A stretch of 59,734 bases of DNA from a bacterium (GTDB lineage Bacteria; Patescibacteriota; Microgenomatia; UBA1406; GWC2-37-13): contig JAJYLO010000001.1 of assembly GCA_021787635.1 (NCBI GenBank), positions 1 through 59,734 on the forward strand, written 5' to 3'. Below, in pieces: positions 9,417-18,137 of this stretch. Made by a program: the position numbers and the translations under genes. Under the pieces are notes generated by a model. That model did not search any database and was not told the DNA's origin. It saw only the letters and a list, made by a program, of their open reading frames with translations. How positions within the stretch are numbered: position 1 is the first letter of the stretch; every line of letters starts with the position of its first letter.

Positions 9417-11186
9417 GTGTTTTATGTGTTGTTGATATTAGGGATAGTCCTACGTTTAATTTTTATTCCCTTTCCCGGCTACCGCGCCGATATCGCTTTT
9501 TGGAAAGCATGGGGATTGGCGATGACCGATCACGGAATAGTCTGGTTGGTCCAAAACACTAATTACAATTACCCACCGGCGTTTGCTTATGTTTTATGGC
9601 TGGTTAATAAAACTTACGCCTTATTTAAAAATCCTTATATCATAAGCGATTATTGGGCGACCAACAATCTGCTTTATTTATTCTTGTTCAAACTGGTTTC
9701 GGTGATCGCCGATGTCGCTATCGTTTATTTATTAATTAAGATCAGTCGGCGTCTGAAATCACCGATCGGTTACATCATTGCTTTTGCCTATTTTTTTAAC
9801 CCGGCAACGATTACCGATGGTGTCTTGTGGGGGCAGGTTGACCAGTTCGGCCTGTTATTTTTCCTGGCGGCAATTTATTTAATGCTGACGGACCGTGACT
9901 TATGGGCCGCCATCATTTTTGTCGTCGGTATCTTGATAAAATTTCAGAATATTATTTTCATCCCTCTTTTTTATCTTTATATCTATAAAAAAAACGGTTG
10001 GAAGAAAATGATCGATAGTATTATTGTTTCTGCCCTGGTGTTTTTGGTAATTGCCGCCCCGTTTTGGCTAATTAAACAAACGGACAGCCTGGTGCGGCTT
10101 TTGACAATTAACGCCGACTGGTTTCCTTTCTATTCGCTGCATGCTTATAACGGCTGGTGGCTGGCGGCGGCCCTGCAGCATGGCTTCGGTCTGACGCTGA
10201 TCGACAAAAATCTGATTTTAGGCGTACTTAACGCCAAACAGGTGGGTTTGCTCCTTTTCAGCTTTGCCTATTTTATTAGCTGCATCTTGCTGTGGTTTGC
10301 TGACACAAAAAATCTTTTTCAAAACTTCATTCTCGCCACGTCATTGGCCGTCTTTTCTTTTTTTCATTTATTGACCGAAAGCCATGAACGGTATCTTTTT
10401 CCGTTGGTGGCGTTATTGCTTATTTACGCCATTTTTATTCCGAAAAAAAATTTCAAAAAGTATTCGATTCTCTATCTTCTGTTTTCCATTTTCTTCTTTC
10501 TCAATATGTACTTGTCGATGTTTCTCGATAGCAGCGATGAAGTCCCCTGGTGGCCACTGTCCCGTATTCATACACTATCGATGACAATGGTGATTGCCGT
10601 TTGTCAGATCGCGATTTTCCTGTTTTTTTTGGCCGCGTATGTTTGGCCAAAATTAAGGGAGAGTCAACGCCTTGCCCCTACATTGTTGGTGGCGGTTATG
10701 TTGTTAATTGCCGTTGTGTTGGCCAAAAATATGCCTTATTTATTGCATCAACCGATTTCTCTGGTTACAATTGCGCCGGTCGATTACCGGCAGGATTATC
10801 TTGCGCCGGTATACAATCATACGTTAAATTCCGACGGCCGGCCGTTTGCCTTTGACCGGTTGAGCGATAACTATTATTTTTACGACCGGGGAATCGCCAG
10901 CCACGCCAATTCGGCGATTACTTACCGGCTGGGCGGCCGGTTTTCGCAGTTTCATTCCGATTACGGCTTGGATACGGAAGCCGATAGCAACGCGGCCGTT
11001 TATTTTTCAATTTGGGGCGACGGACGTGAATTATTTAAGTCTGAAAAGAAAGGCCGGTATGACAATCCATCAACTACAACTGTCGATATTAATGGCATTA
11101 ACGAGTTAACTTTGAGAATCGACCGGGCGGGGAAAAGCATTTACGGTGCGCACGCCGATTGGCTGAACCCCGTGCTGATCAAATAA
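9417..11186 (+). CDS. GT-C-type (PMT/Gpi18-like) membrane glycosyltransferase fused to a C-terminal NPCBM-like carbohydrate-binding domain
   Basis: GTG start. N-terminal two thirds is polytopic (FPGYRADIAFWKAWG, NYNYPPAFAYVLW). The last ~110 aa, ASHANSAITYRLGGRFSQFHSDYGLD..AVYFSIWGDGRELF..VDINGINELTLRIDRAG..GAHADWLNPVL, fit the NPCBM pattern. Confidence 0.65.
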   Translation: MFYVLLILGIVLRLIFIPFPGYRADIAFWKAWGLAMTDHGIVWLVQNTNYNYPPAFAYVLWLVNKTYALFKNPYIISDYWATNNLLYLFLFKLVSVIADVAIVYLLIKISRRLKSPIGYIIAFAYFFNPATITDGVLWGQVDQFGLLFFLAAIYLMLTDRDLWAAIIFVVGILIKFQNIIFIPLFYLYIYKKNGWKKMIDSIIVSALVFLVIAAPFWLIKQTDSLVRLLTINADWFPFYSLHAYNGWWLAAALQHGFGLTLIDKNLILGVLNAKQVGLLLFSFAYFISCILLWFADTKNLFQNFILATSLAVFSFFHLLTESHERYLFPLVALLLIYAIFIPKKNFKKYSILYLLFSIFFFLNMYLSMFLDSSDEVPWWPLSRIHTLSMTMVIAVCQIAIFLFFLAAYVWPKLRESQRLAPTLLVAVMLLIAVVLAKNMPYLLHQPISLVTIAPVDYRQDYLAPVYNHTLNSDGRPFAFDRLSDNYYFYDRGIASHANSAITYRLGGRFSQFHSDYGLDTEADSNAAVYFSIWGDGRELFKSEKKGRYDNPSTTTVDINGINELTLRIDRAGKSIYGAHADWLNPVLIK

Positions 11187-11189
11187 TTT

Positions 11190-13352
11190 ATGAAAAGAAC
11201 AGTTATTTATGGATTATTGGTATTAATCGTTATCTTTAACGCCTATATTTACCGTCAGGAGGTAAATATCCGGCCGGAGGTGAACGATAACAGTTTTCAG
11301 TATACGCTGGTTGATGACGCCAAACATTTATGGCAGCAAATATTCGCCGGTAAATTGTCACCATTTTATTTAGTCGACAGTTTTAACAACCGGTGGGATG
11401 AAGGATTGGCTTTATCCGATTATTACAGCCATTTTCCCCAGGCGGTCATCGGTCTGACCAGTATTGTTACCCATACTGACGCTCATGCTCTTTTCCTTTG
11501 GACAAAATACCTGATGCTTATTTTGCTGCCGGTCATGTTTTTTGCCGGCGCGAAGATCATCGGAATGACCGATTTGGCCGCATTGTTATCCGCCTTTTTT
11601 TCCCAGGCGATTTTTACCAACGGTCTTTACGGCATTGACAGCACCAATTTTTTGTGGCGGGGATGGGGATTGTCATCACAACTGCTGGCGCTTTTCTTTT
11701 TACCGGTGGCGCTGGGATATGGATGGCGATATTTGGGGGGTTCGGGCGGTAAGGGAGGTTTGAGGAAGGCGGTTTTTTTTAATTTCCTGGTGGCCGAGTG
11801 CCATTCGGGGGTATTTTTAATGTTGGTCATAGCATATCCGGTAATAGCGGTAATAAGGGGAATAGGAGACAGAAGGGAATTCAGGGAGACCGGCAAACGG
11901 TTGGTGATATTCGGGGGGTTACTTTTTATCCTTCTCTCATATTTTCTTGTCCCGTATTTTCTCCAGGGCAATTACCGTAATTTTTCTTTCTGGGATCCGG
12001 CCTGGAAATTCAATTCTTTCGGTTTGCAGCAAATCGTCACCTGGTTTATTAACGGTGACCTGTTTGATTTCAACCGGTTGCCGGTATTGACCTTTTTGGT
12101 GTTATTCGGGGTGTTGGCCGGTTTAAAAAGTTTTAAAAGTTTGAAAAGTTCAGAAAGTACCTCGGGATGGCTGGCGGTATTATTTATCGTTTATTTTCTT
12201 CTTTATCTTGGCCGGTCAACGTGGGGAAAAGCGATTGATTTGATTCCCGGAATGAGCGAGTTTCATTTATCGCGGTTTATCGTCATGGTGCAGGTGGTGG
12301 GGGTATATGTGGCGGGGGGGCTAGTCAGCGATATCATCGAAAACCTCACTTCGTTCGGCATCCTAAGTCGTTCAAAATGGGTATCTTCGGTTTCCTCGAT
12401 AATTATTGTCATAATTTCCATCGTAATTGCTTATTATATGGAGCTTCCGGTCGTAAAGTATGCCGCCGAAAATAACGATATGATTGTTGCCTTTAATAAG
12501 CAATACGCCGTCGACTACCTGGATTACCAAAAAATCGCCGCCAAATTGCATTCCTTGCCCTCCGGCCGCGTCTATGCCGGCCGGCCGGGTAATTTCGGCC
12601 GGGATTTTACCGTCGGCGGCGAGCAAGTGTATATGGCCCTGGCGCAGGATGGATTTTATACTCTGGGTAATGCGCCGGAGAGCTGGTCGCCCAACTCGGA
12701 ATCGGACCAGTTTTTTGACGAAAGCCGACCGGAGTTTTACAATTTGTACAATATTCGTTATCTAGTGGTGCCGGAAAGCTACCGACCGCCTAAATTTGCT
12801 CAATTGGTAGCCCAGTCGGGTAAATATTATTTATACCGGGTGTCAACCAGCGGTTGGTTTGATGTCGGCGTCAGCAATCAGGCAGTGACGGTCAAAAAAA
12901 CCAGCCTGATCGATTTTGTTCACCTGTGGTTGTCAAGCATCATGGTGGCCCAAAAGAATTATCCGGAAATTATTTTTGGTCAATCGTCCATTGATCGATC
13001 GTCGCTTTGGAAACAATTTCCGTTGGCCGCCTCAACCTCGGCACCGGCCGTTACTGTCGGGGACGCCCAGTGTGCGTCCCCGACAGATCAATCATATTGC
13101 GCGGTGATTTCCCTGAAAAACGACTGTTCCGACTGTATTATTGTCCTGAAAAACACATATCATCCCAACTGGCAAATTTTTGTGAACGGAAAACAGGCAA
13201 AAGCGGTTCCTGTCTTTCCGTTTTTTATTGGCATCCCGGTGACGAAGGCGGGGGAATATCGAATTGAGGCTATTTATAAGCCGGGTATGGTAAAGGTTGT
13301 TCTTATCTATGCAGGGATAATATTTATTTTGCTTCCGGGCTGGCTTCTTTAG
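11190..13352 (+). CDS. YfhO-like large membrane protein (putative glycosyl/glycan transferase)
   Basis: 720 aa. Many TM spans, a large soluble domain, and a final C-terminal TM (VVLIYAGIIFILLPGWLL). Carries in-frame heptamer and Gly-rich tracts. Confidence 0.5.
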   Translation: MKRTVIYGLLVLIVIFNAYIYRQEVNIRPEVNDNSFQYTLVDDAKHLWQQIFAGKLSPFYLVDSFNNRWDEGLALSDYYSHFPQAVIGLTSIVTHTDAHALFLWTKYLMLILLPVMFFAGAKIIGMTDLAALLSAFFSQAIFTNGLYGIDSTNFLWRGWGLSSQLLALFFLPVALGYGWRYLGGSGGKGGLRKAVFFNFLVAECHSGVFLMLVIAYPVIAVIRGIGDRREFRETGKRLVIFGGLLFILLSYFLVPYFLQGNYRNFSFWDPAWKFNSFGLQQIVTWFINGDLFDFNRLPVLTFLVLFGVLAGLKSFKSLKSSESTSGWLAVLFIVYFLLYLGRSTWGKAIDLIPGMSEFHLSRFIVMVQVVGVYVAGGLVSDIIENLTSFGILSRSKWVSSVSSIIIVIISIVIAYYMELPVVKYAAENNDMIVAFNKQYAVDYLDYQKIAAKLHSLPSGRVYAGRPGNFGRDFTVGGEQVYMALAQDGFYTLGNAPESWSPNSESDQFFDESRPEFYNLYNIRYLVVPESYRPPKFAQLVAQSGKYYLYRVSTSGWFDVGVSNQAVTVKKTSLIDFVHLWLSSIMVAQKNYPEIIFGQSSIDRSSLWKQFPLAASTSAPAVTVGDAQCASPTDQSYCAVISLKNDCSDCIIVLKNTYHPNWQIFVNGKQAKAVPVFPFFIGIPVTKAGEYRIEAIYKPGMVKVVLIYAGIIFILLPGWLL
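12122..12160. repeat. Heptamer tract (AAAAGTT-like) in frame in the YfhO-like gene
   Basis: ttaaaaagttttaaaagtttgaaaagttcagaaagtac encodes LKSFKSLKSSES. Confidence 0.75.
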
Positions 13353-15327
13353 GGAGAGTGATCTTCGGGTTAATTGACGGTGCCGGCGTCGGTAATGTCA
13401 ACTGGCTCGGCTGCGCGCTTTGGGTGGCGGTAGCCCCTTCTTTTGGCAGCATTTTCTTGAATTGCGCCAATTCCTGTGCGGCTTTGTCATAGTCGGTTTT
13501 ATCGGACTTGGGATCGACTAAGGTCAGGACATTTTGCATTTCCGAGGCGGCCAGTTGATAATCTTTTTTCTGGTAAGCGGCCCAGGCAAGATTGTAATGA
13601 GCGTTGGCCCAGTCCTGTTTCAGGCTGGCGGATTGTTCAAATAATTGCTCCGCCTGGTCGTAATTACCCAATGAATAGAAAACTCCGCCCAGATTGAGCC
13701 GGTAAATCGGATTTTGCGGATCAAGGATGATTGCCCGCTGGTAGGCCGATACCGTCCAGGCGTCGGCGCCTTGAGCGACAGACAAAATATTACGATAAAT
13801 AACCGCCAGATTTTCCCAGTTCGCGGCTTTTTGCGGATTTAAAGCAACCGCCGCTTTGGCTTCGGCAATAGCGGCCTGGATGGCTTGAGTGATGGTTTGC
13901 TTATCTTGATTGGAAAGCTTTTTACCCGCTTTGGCGGCAATATTGTTGGCCAAAAGCAAATTCGTCTGGGAAAAATTAATGCGGAAGCGTTCGATGTATG
14001 GATTAATGACGATTGCCTGGCGCTGGTTGTTGTACAGTTCGCCGGCATTATTGGTCATATAGCCGTCAAGGGATTTCTTGAAATAATATTCGGCCAGGTA
14101 GGATTGGCCGGTAAAATAGGCAAGGACACCGACAACGGCGACGCCAATAATGACGATCCCTAAAAACAACGGGATAATTTCCGCTAAGTCAATGGAAGAA
14201 GATTTTATTGTTGAATTATTGGATTGCTGCATTGCTAAGAGAAGGAAAAATAAGAACATGATTGGCAGGGAAACGGGGAAAAAGAGGAGGACTAACAGTA
14301 AATAAATAGTAGATAGCAGTAAGGGGGAGGAAAATAAATGCTTGATTGTTATATTGTTAAATTGTTGTTTAATGACGAGAAATAAAATTAAGACAATGGA
14401 AACTAAACCAAATAAACCGGTTTCCGTAAAAATCTGGAGAATAGTCGAGCGGCTGACGCTAAAGGAATTGATCTGCCACAATGCTGATTGATTGTAATAA
14501 ATATCTTTTACCCGGGTAAACATGCTGGCAAAATTGTCGACGCCGACGCCGAAAAGGGCGGTCAGCGGTTGTTTCAGCGTTTCAACGGCAGCATACCAGC
14601 TAATGCTAAAAGGTGGCAACGTCGGGAACTGTTTATACAGCGAGTAGCCGGTGAGAAGAAGGGCAAGTAAGACAACGACTAAATATCCAGTATTTAGTAT
14701 GGAGTATTTGGTATTTTTATTTTTGATTAAAGATATCACGGCAAGGATAGTAAAGAATCCCAAAAAGAGCACTAGATTAAGCTGGTCGCCCAAAGGGTTA
14801 AAGCCGGGTGCTTTCAGGAACTGGAAATAGGCGGACAGAGAAGCGTTTTTAAAAGGATTGAAAAAGAAAATAATAGAAACAAGCGATAAAAGACTAACCG
14901 ATACCATCATCGTATTTTTCAATTGTTTCATTGCCTGATGATTGCGGGATAGATAAAAATAGAGGATAGCCAATGAAACAATTTCTGCCAGGCCGAAATT
15001 GGGATTTAGGATCGCCTGCACGCGGTTCGGAGAGCTAATAAGGACCGATAAGGCAGTAGCGATGACGAAAATAAGAACCGGGACATCCAGCGGCCCTTTT
15101 TGCCAGACAAGTTTTTTACTGGTTATAAACTGGATCAGGGAGATGAGGATAAGCAGCAAGGCGCCATAAATCAATAAGTAGAGTTTGTTGGTGATAAAAA
15201 ATTCCTGGGTAAGGGGAAGGAAAAAGAGAGGAAAGAGAAATAAAAGAGTATAAAGTATAAAGTATTTGATATTTTGGAGAAATTTTCCCATAAATTTCAG
15301 TGTAAAGAAAGAAGAAAAAAATGTCAA
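13324..15327 (-). CDS. Wzy_C (O-antigen ligase/O-oligosaccharyltransferase-like) membrane protein with C-terminal TPR repeats
   Basis: Polytopic N-part with SRSTILQIFTETGLFGLVSIVLILF (Wzy_C-like). C-terminal TPRs (NLGGVFYSLGNYDQAEQLFEQS, AHYNLAWAAYQKKDYQLAASEM). The track start is TTG at 15327; an ATG (MGKFLQN) at 15291 is an alternative. Confidence 0.65.
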   Translation of the reverse strand: MTFFSSFFTLKFMGKFLQNIKYFILYTLLFLFPLFFLPLTQEFFITNKLYLLIYGALLLILISLIQFITSKKLVWQKGPLDVPVLIFVIATALSVLISSPNRVQAILNPNFGLAEIVSLAILYFYLSRNHQAMKQLKNTMMVSVSLLSLVSIIFFFNPFKNASLSAYFQFLKAPGFNPLGDQLNLVLFLGFFTILAVISLIKNKNTKYSILNTGYLVVVLLALLLTGYSLYKQFPTLPPFSISWYAAVETLKQPLTALFGVGVDNFASMFTRVKDIYYNQSALWQINSFSVSRSTILQIFTETGLFGLVSIVLILFLVIKQQFNNITIKHLFSSPLLLSTIYLLLVLLFFPVSLPIMFLFFLLLAMQQSNNSTIKSSSIDLAEIIPLFLGIVIIGVAVVGVLAYFTGQSYLAEYYFKKSLDGYMTNNAGELYNNQRQAIVINPYIERFRINFSQTNLLLANNIAAKAGKKLSNQDKQTITQAIQAAIAEAKAAVALNPQKAANWENLAVIYRNILSVAQGADAWTVSAYQRAIILDPQNPIYRLNLGGVFYSLGNYDQAEQLFEQSASLKQDWANAHYNLAWAAYQKKDYQLAASEMQNVLTLVDPKSDKTDYDKAAQELAQFKKMLPKEGATATQSAQPSQLTLPTPAPSINPKITLPKEASPEAK

Positions 15328-16157
15328 GGGGTGGCGGGCGGCAATTGCGGTTCGATACGCAGGGCGGTGAGAGTTTGCGTCGCCGTCACGTCCTGGTTAG
15401 TGTAAACGGTAATTTGCATATTCGGCTGAAGATCAGTCAGAGATAATTTTTCCGGCTGGTGCGGAGCCGGTTGTTGGGGACTGGGAAGAGTCACCATTGG
15501 ATTAAAGCGGGAAATTTCGGTATTGGCGGTTACCGTCACCTGATAAGTAATTTCTCTCGCTTTCACTGTCAATGTATTGCCGGCAATGGCAACGATTTTG
15601 CCGGTAAGAGTATTGACAATCGGCGGCAGCCGGATATTGACGGCGGTAAACCGGTTATCGGCCAATGTCCGCAGATCGGTATTGGTGCTGATCGTGATAT
15701 TTTGGCCTTTTTTGATGTCGGAAATAGTTAGTTTAGGGGAAGTAAGGGAGGTGGGAAATCCGCCAGCGGGCGGAGAAGGAAATAAATAAATAACCATCGC
15801 TTCTGGCCGGCTGATTTGGGTGTTTGGCCCGACCGTCACCCGATAGGTTAGCTTTTTTACAATCGAGGTGGAAATGGGAGTGATCGGTCCGGTTGACGGA
15901 TTATTGGGTGTGGGAGGCGTGATGCCCATTTGGTACGGCTGATAATAAATAGTCTGGCTGACGGTGACCGTATTGCCGGCGATATCATCGACCACGCCGG
16001 AAAAATTGGTGACCGGAGAAGTCAGGTATAAAATATCCGGGGAAACGGTAATGGTTGTCGATCGTTTGAACGGCTTGACCTGGGTGAAGAAGAAAATAGC
16101 CAGAAAAATCACGGCGACCAATGCCAGCGCGGCTATTTTTTTACTTTTTGAGCCCAT
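15324..16157 (-). CDS. Secreted/anchored protein with two internal ~120-aa repeats
   Basis: N-terminal TM. Repeat 1 has ..IAGNTVTVSQ..LTYRVTVGPNTQISR..LTISDIKKGQNITISTN. Repeat 2 has ..IAGNTLTVKAREITYQVTVTANTEISR..LSLTDLQPNMQITVYTN. Confidence 0.6.
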   Translation of the reverse strand: MGSKSKKIAALALVAVIFLAIFFFTQVKPFKRSTTITVSPDILYLTSPVTNFSGVVDDIAGNTVTVSQTIYYQPYQMGITPPTPNNPSTGPITPISTSIVKKLTYRVTVGPNTQISRPEAMVIYLFPSPPAGGFPTSLTSPKLTISDIKKGQNITISTNTDLRTLADNRFTAVNIRLPPIVNTLTGKIVAIAGNTLTVKAREITYQVTVTANTEISRFNPMVTLPSPQQPAPHQPEKLSLTDLQPNMQITVYTNQDVTATQTLTALRIEPQLPPATP

Positions 16158-16176
16158 ACTTTAACATTTTAAATTG

Positions 16177-18090
16177 TTATTTTGAGATTTGAATTTTGAG
16201 ATTTGAGATGGTTTCTTTCAGCTGGTTGATTTCCTGCTGTTGTTGATTCACCTGATTCGTTAGATCGTTCAACTTTTTACCCACATCGACGCCGTTGACG
16301 ATGATCTGTTTTGCTTCCAAAAGACCCACTTTGATATGGCCGACAACCGCCTCGGCAAAAGCAGCAATTTGGGTAATGAGATTGCCGTGGATATCTTTAA
16401 CCTGACTGTTTTCATTAATAATTGCGCCACCTTCAGAATTAATATTTATGAACTTCGTAATATGCTGCAGATCAGTTATTTCTGCTCGTTGTGTTTGGAT
16501 CATGGATGTGTAGTCAAATGAGGAAAGCTTGTTTACTTGAGCAGAGATTGTTGCGACATTTTTAGCTAAAGCTTGGATACCAATCAGTGCGACACCAGAA
16601 GGATCGATCGTAGAAATAGCTTTATCCGTACCGTTTAATCCAAAGAGAGAATAGAAATCTTCAGCGACAGGACCGATGTGTTTTGCCGAAGGATCTTCAG
16701 TTTTATAATTCCATTCAGTGATTGGAAGCTGGTTGATCTTTTGTAATATAATATAAGGATTCAGTGCAGTGAAATTCTCTTTGACATCGCGGCTTGAACT
16801 ATTCTGCCAGGTGCTGCCATCGCTATAGGCACCTCCAGAAAGTTGAAAAAGATGGGAAGGACTCGTCGTCCCGATGCCGACTTTGCCACCACCATCTTGT
16901 AAGATCAAGTTTCCCCACGCGGATCCCGGTTTCAATGCATTAATAACACCAAAATTATTTGTGTCATTATAGCCGATTCTCACCCCATCTTGACCTGTAC
17001 CTGTAATAATTCCTGATCCAAAAATCGCGTGTTGAGAATCTGTATCATGGTTTATCCAGACAGGTAAGACAACTTGAAGTTTTCCTGCCGGACTCGTCGT
17101 CCCTATCCCGACGTTGCCGCTGCTGCCGTTATTTAATATAATTTTTGAACCATCCAAATACAGTGGTAAATAACCTGGGGAAGTTCGGTTATATGCTCGC
17201 AAGTTAGCTTCAATGCCATCCCAGGTTAATTCGGCTCCTGATCCACTGGTTGGGGCAACTTGGTTTATAGCCCTTATGGTTCCATTCACGTCGAGCTTTG
17301 CATAAGGTGCCGTCGTCCCGATGCCGACATTGCCACTTCCTGTAATACGCATGAAGATAGATTGATTAAAGGTGGTATTGTTGGAATGGAAGAAGTCCAT
17401 ATTACCGGTATTTGAAGAATTGGAAGCCATTCCAATACCCCAAGCTTCTCTAGTGGGATCACCAAGTACCCAGGATCCTGTTGCAAATGAGGCATTATTG
17501 CTTATGTCACCATATTTTGTAGTTAATGGATCAAAAGCTAATAATTCCAAGGAGCTGACTGTACCAAGAGAAATACGGGCATTATTTGTAGAGTAATTAA
17601 CCACTTGAAGAGCGTGCGCCGGAGTCGTCGTCCCGATACCGACGTTGCCGATAACACCAAGATCAGAGGATAACAGAACTGCATTCGAGAATGTTACACC
17701 AGGATCTGTAAGCGGTGGGGTGCTACCACCACCTTGAGTTCTGCTAACTGTTAGATTTCCAGAATTGTTAACTGTAAAAGATTCATAATTAGAAGTGTCA
17801 TAGCCAAGTCTGAGTTGTTCGGTAGTGGATAAAATGTGGAGATTAGCTCCTGGACTTGTCGTCCCGATGCCGACGTTGCCGTTAACATAGAGTTTGGCCG
17901 TGCCGCCGGTGACGTCGCCGCCGATGCCGACTTGATTAAAATTTTGGATGCCGCCTAAATGGGCATCGATGGTTAAATTGCCGGGATGGCCTATTCCGAG
18001 GGCCGGTACCGCTCTAAAAAGTTGAACAGCAATGAAACTGATAGTAATAAAAAAAAGAGTGATTAAAACTAGACGGATGGTAGTTTTCAT
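16177..18090 (-). CDS. Tail-fibre-like surface protein with GNVGIGTT repeats and a C-terminal peptidase-S74 intramolecular chaperone domain
   Basis: Signal/TM at the N-terminus. At least 6 copies of GNVGIGTT(S/A)P. SSSRDVKENFTALNPYIILQKINQLPITEWNYK..HIGPVAEDFYSLFG..VALIGIQAL matches the endosialidase/tail-fibre chaperone (S74) pattern, followed by a coiled coil. Confidence 0.8.
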   Translation of the reverse strand: MKTTIRLVLITLFFITISFIAVQLFRAVPALGIGHPGNLTIDAHLGGIQNFNQVGIGGDVTGGTAKLYVNGNVGIGTTSPGANLHILSTTEQLRLGYDTSNYESFTVNNSGNLTVSRTQGGGSTPPLTDPGVTFSNAVLLSSDLGVIGNVGIGTTTPAHALQVVNYSTNNARISLGTVSSLELLAFDPLTTKYGDISNNASFATGSWVLGDPTREAWGIGMASNSSNTGNMDFFHSNNTTFNQSIFMRITGSGNVGIGTTAPYAKLDVNGTIRAINQVAPTSGSGAELTWDGIEANLRAYNRTSPGYLPLYLDGSKIILNNGSSGNVGIGTTSPAGKLQVVLPVWINHDTDSQHAIFGSGIITGTGQDGVRIGYNDTNNFGVINALKPGSAWGNLILQDGGGKVGIGTTSPSHLFQLSGGAYSDGSTWQNSSSRDVKENFTALNPYIILQKINQLPITEWNYKTEDPSAKHIGPVAEDFYSLFGLNGTDKAISTIDPSGVALIGIQALAKNVATISAQVNKLSSFDYTSMIQTQRAEITDLQHITKFININSEGGAIINENSQVKDIHGNLITQIAAFAEAVVGHIKVGLLEAKQIIVNGVDVGKKLNDLTNQVNQQQQEINQLKETISNLKIQISK

Positions 18091-18137
18091 AGAATTACTG
18101 GATTTAGTTTAAGAATAATCCTTAATAAAGGAAAAAG

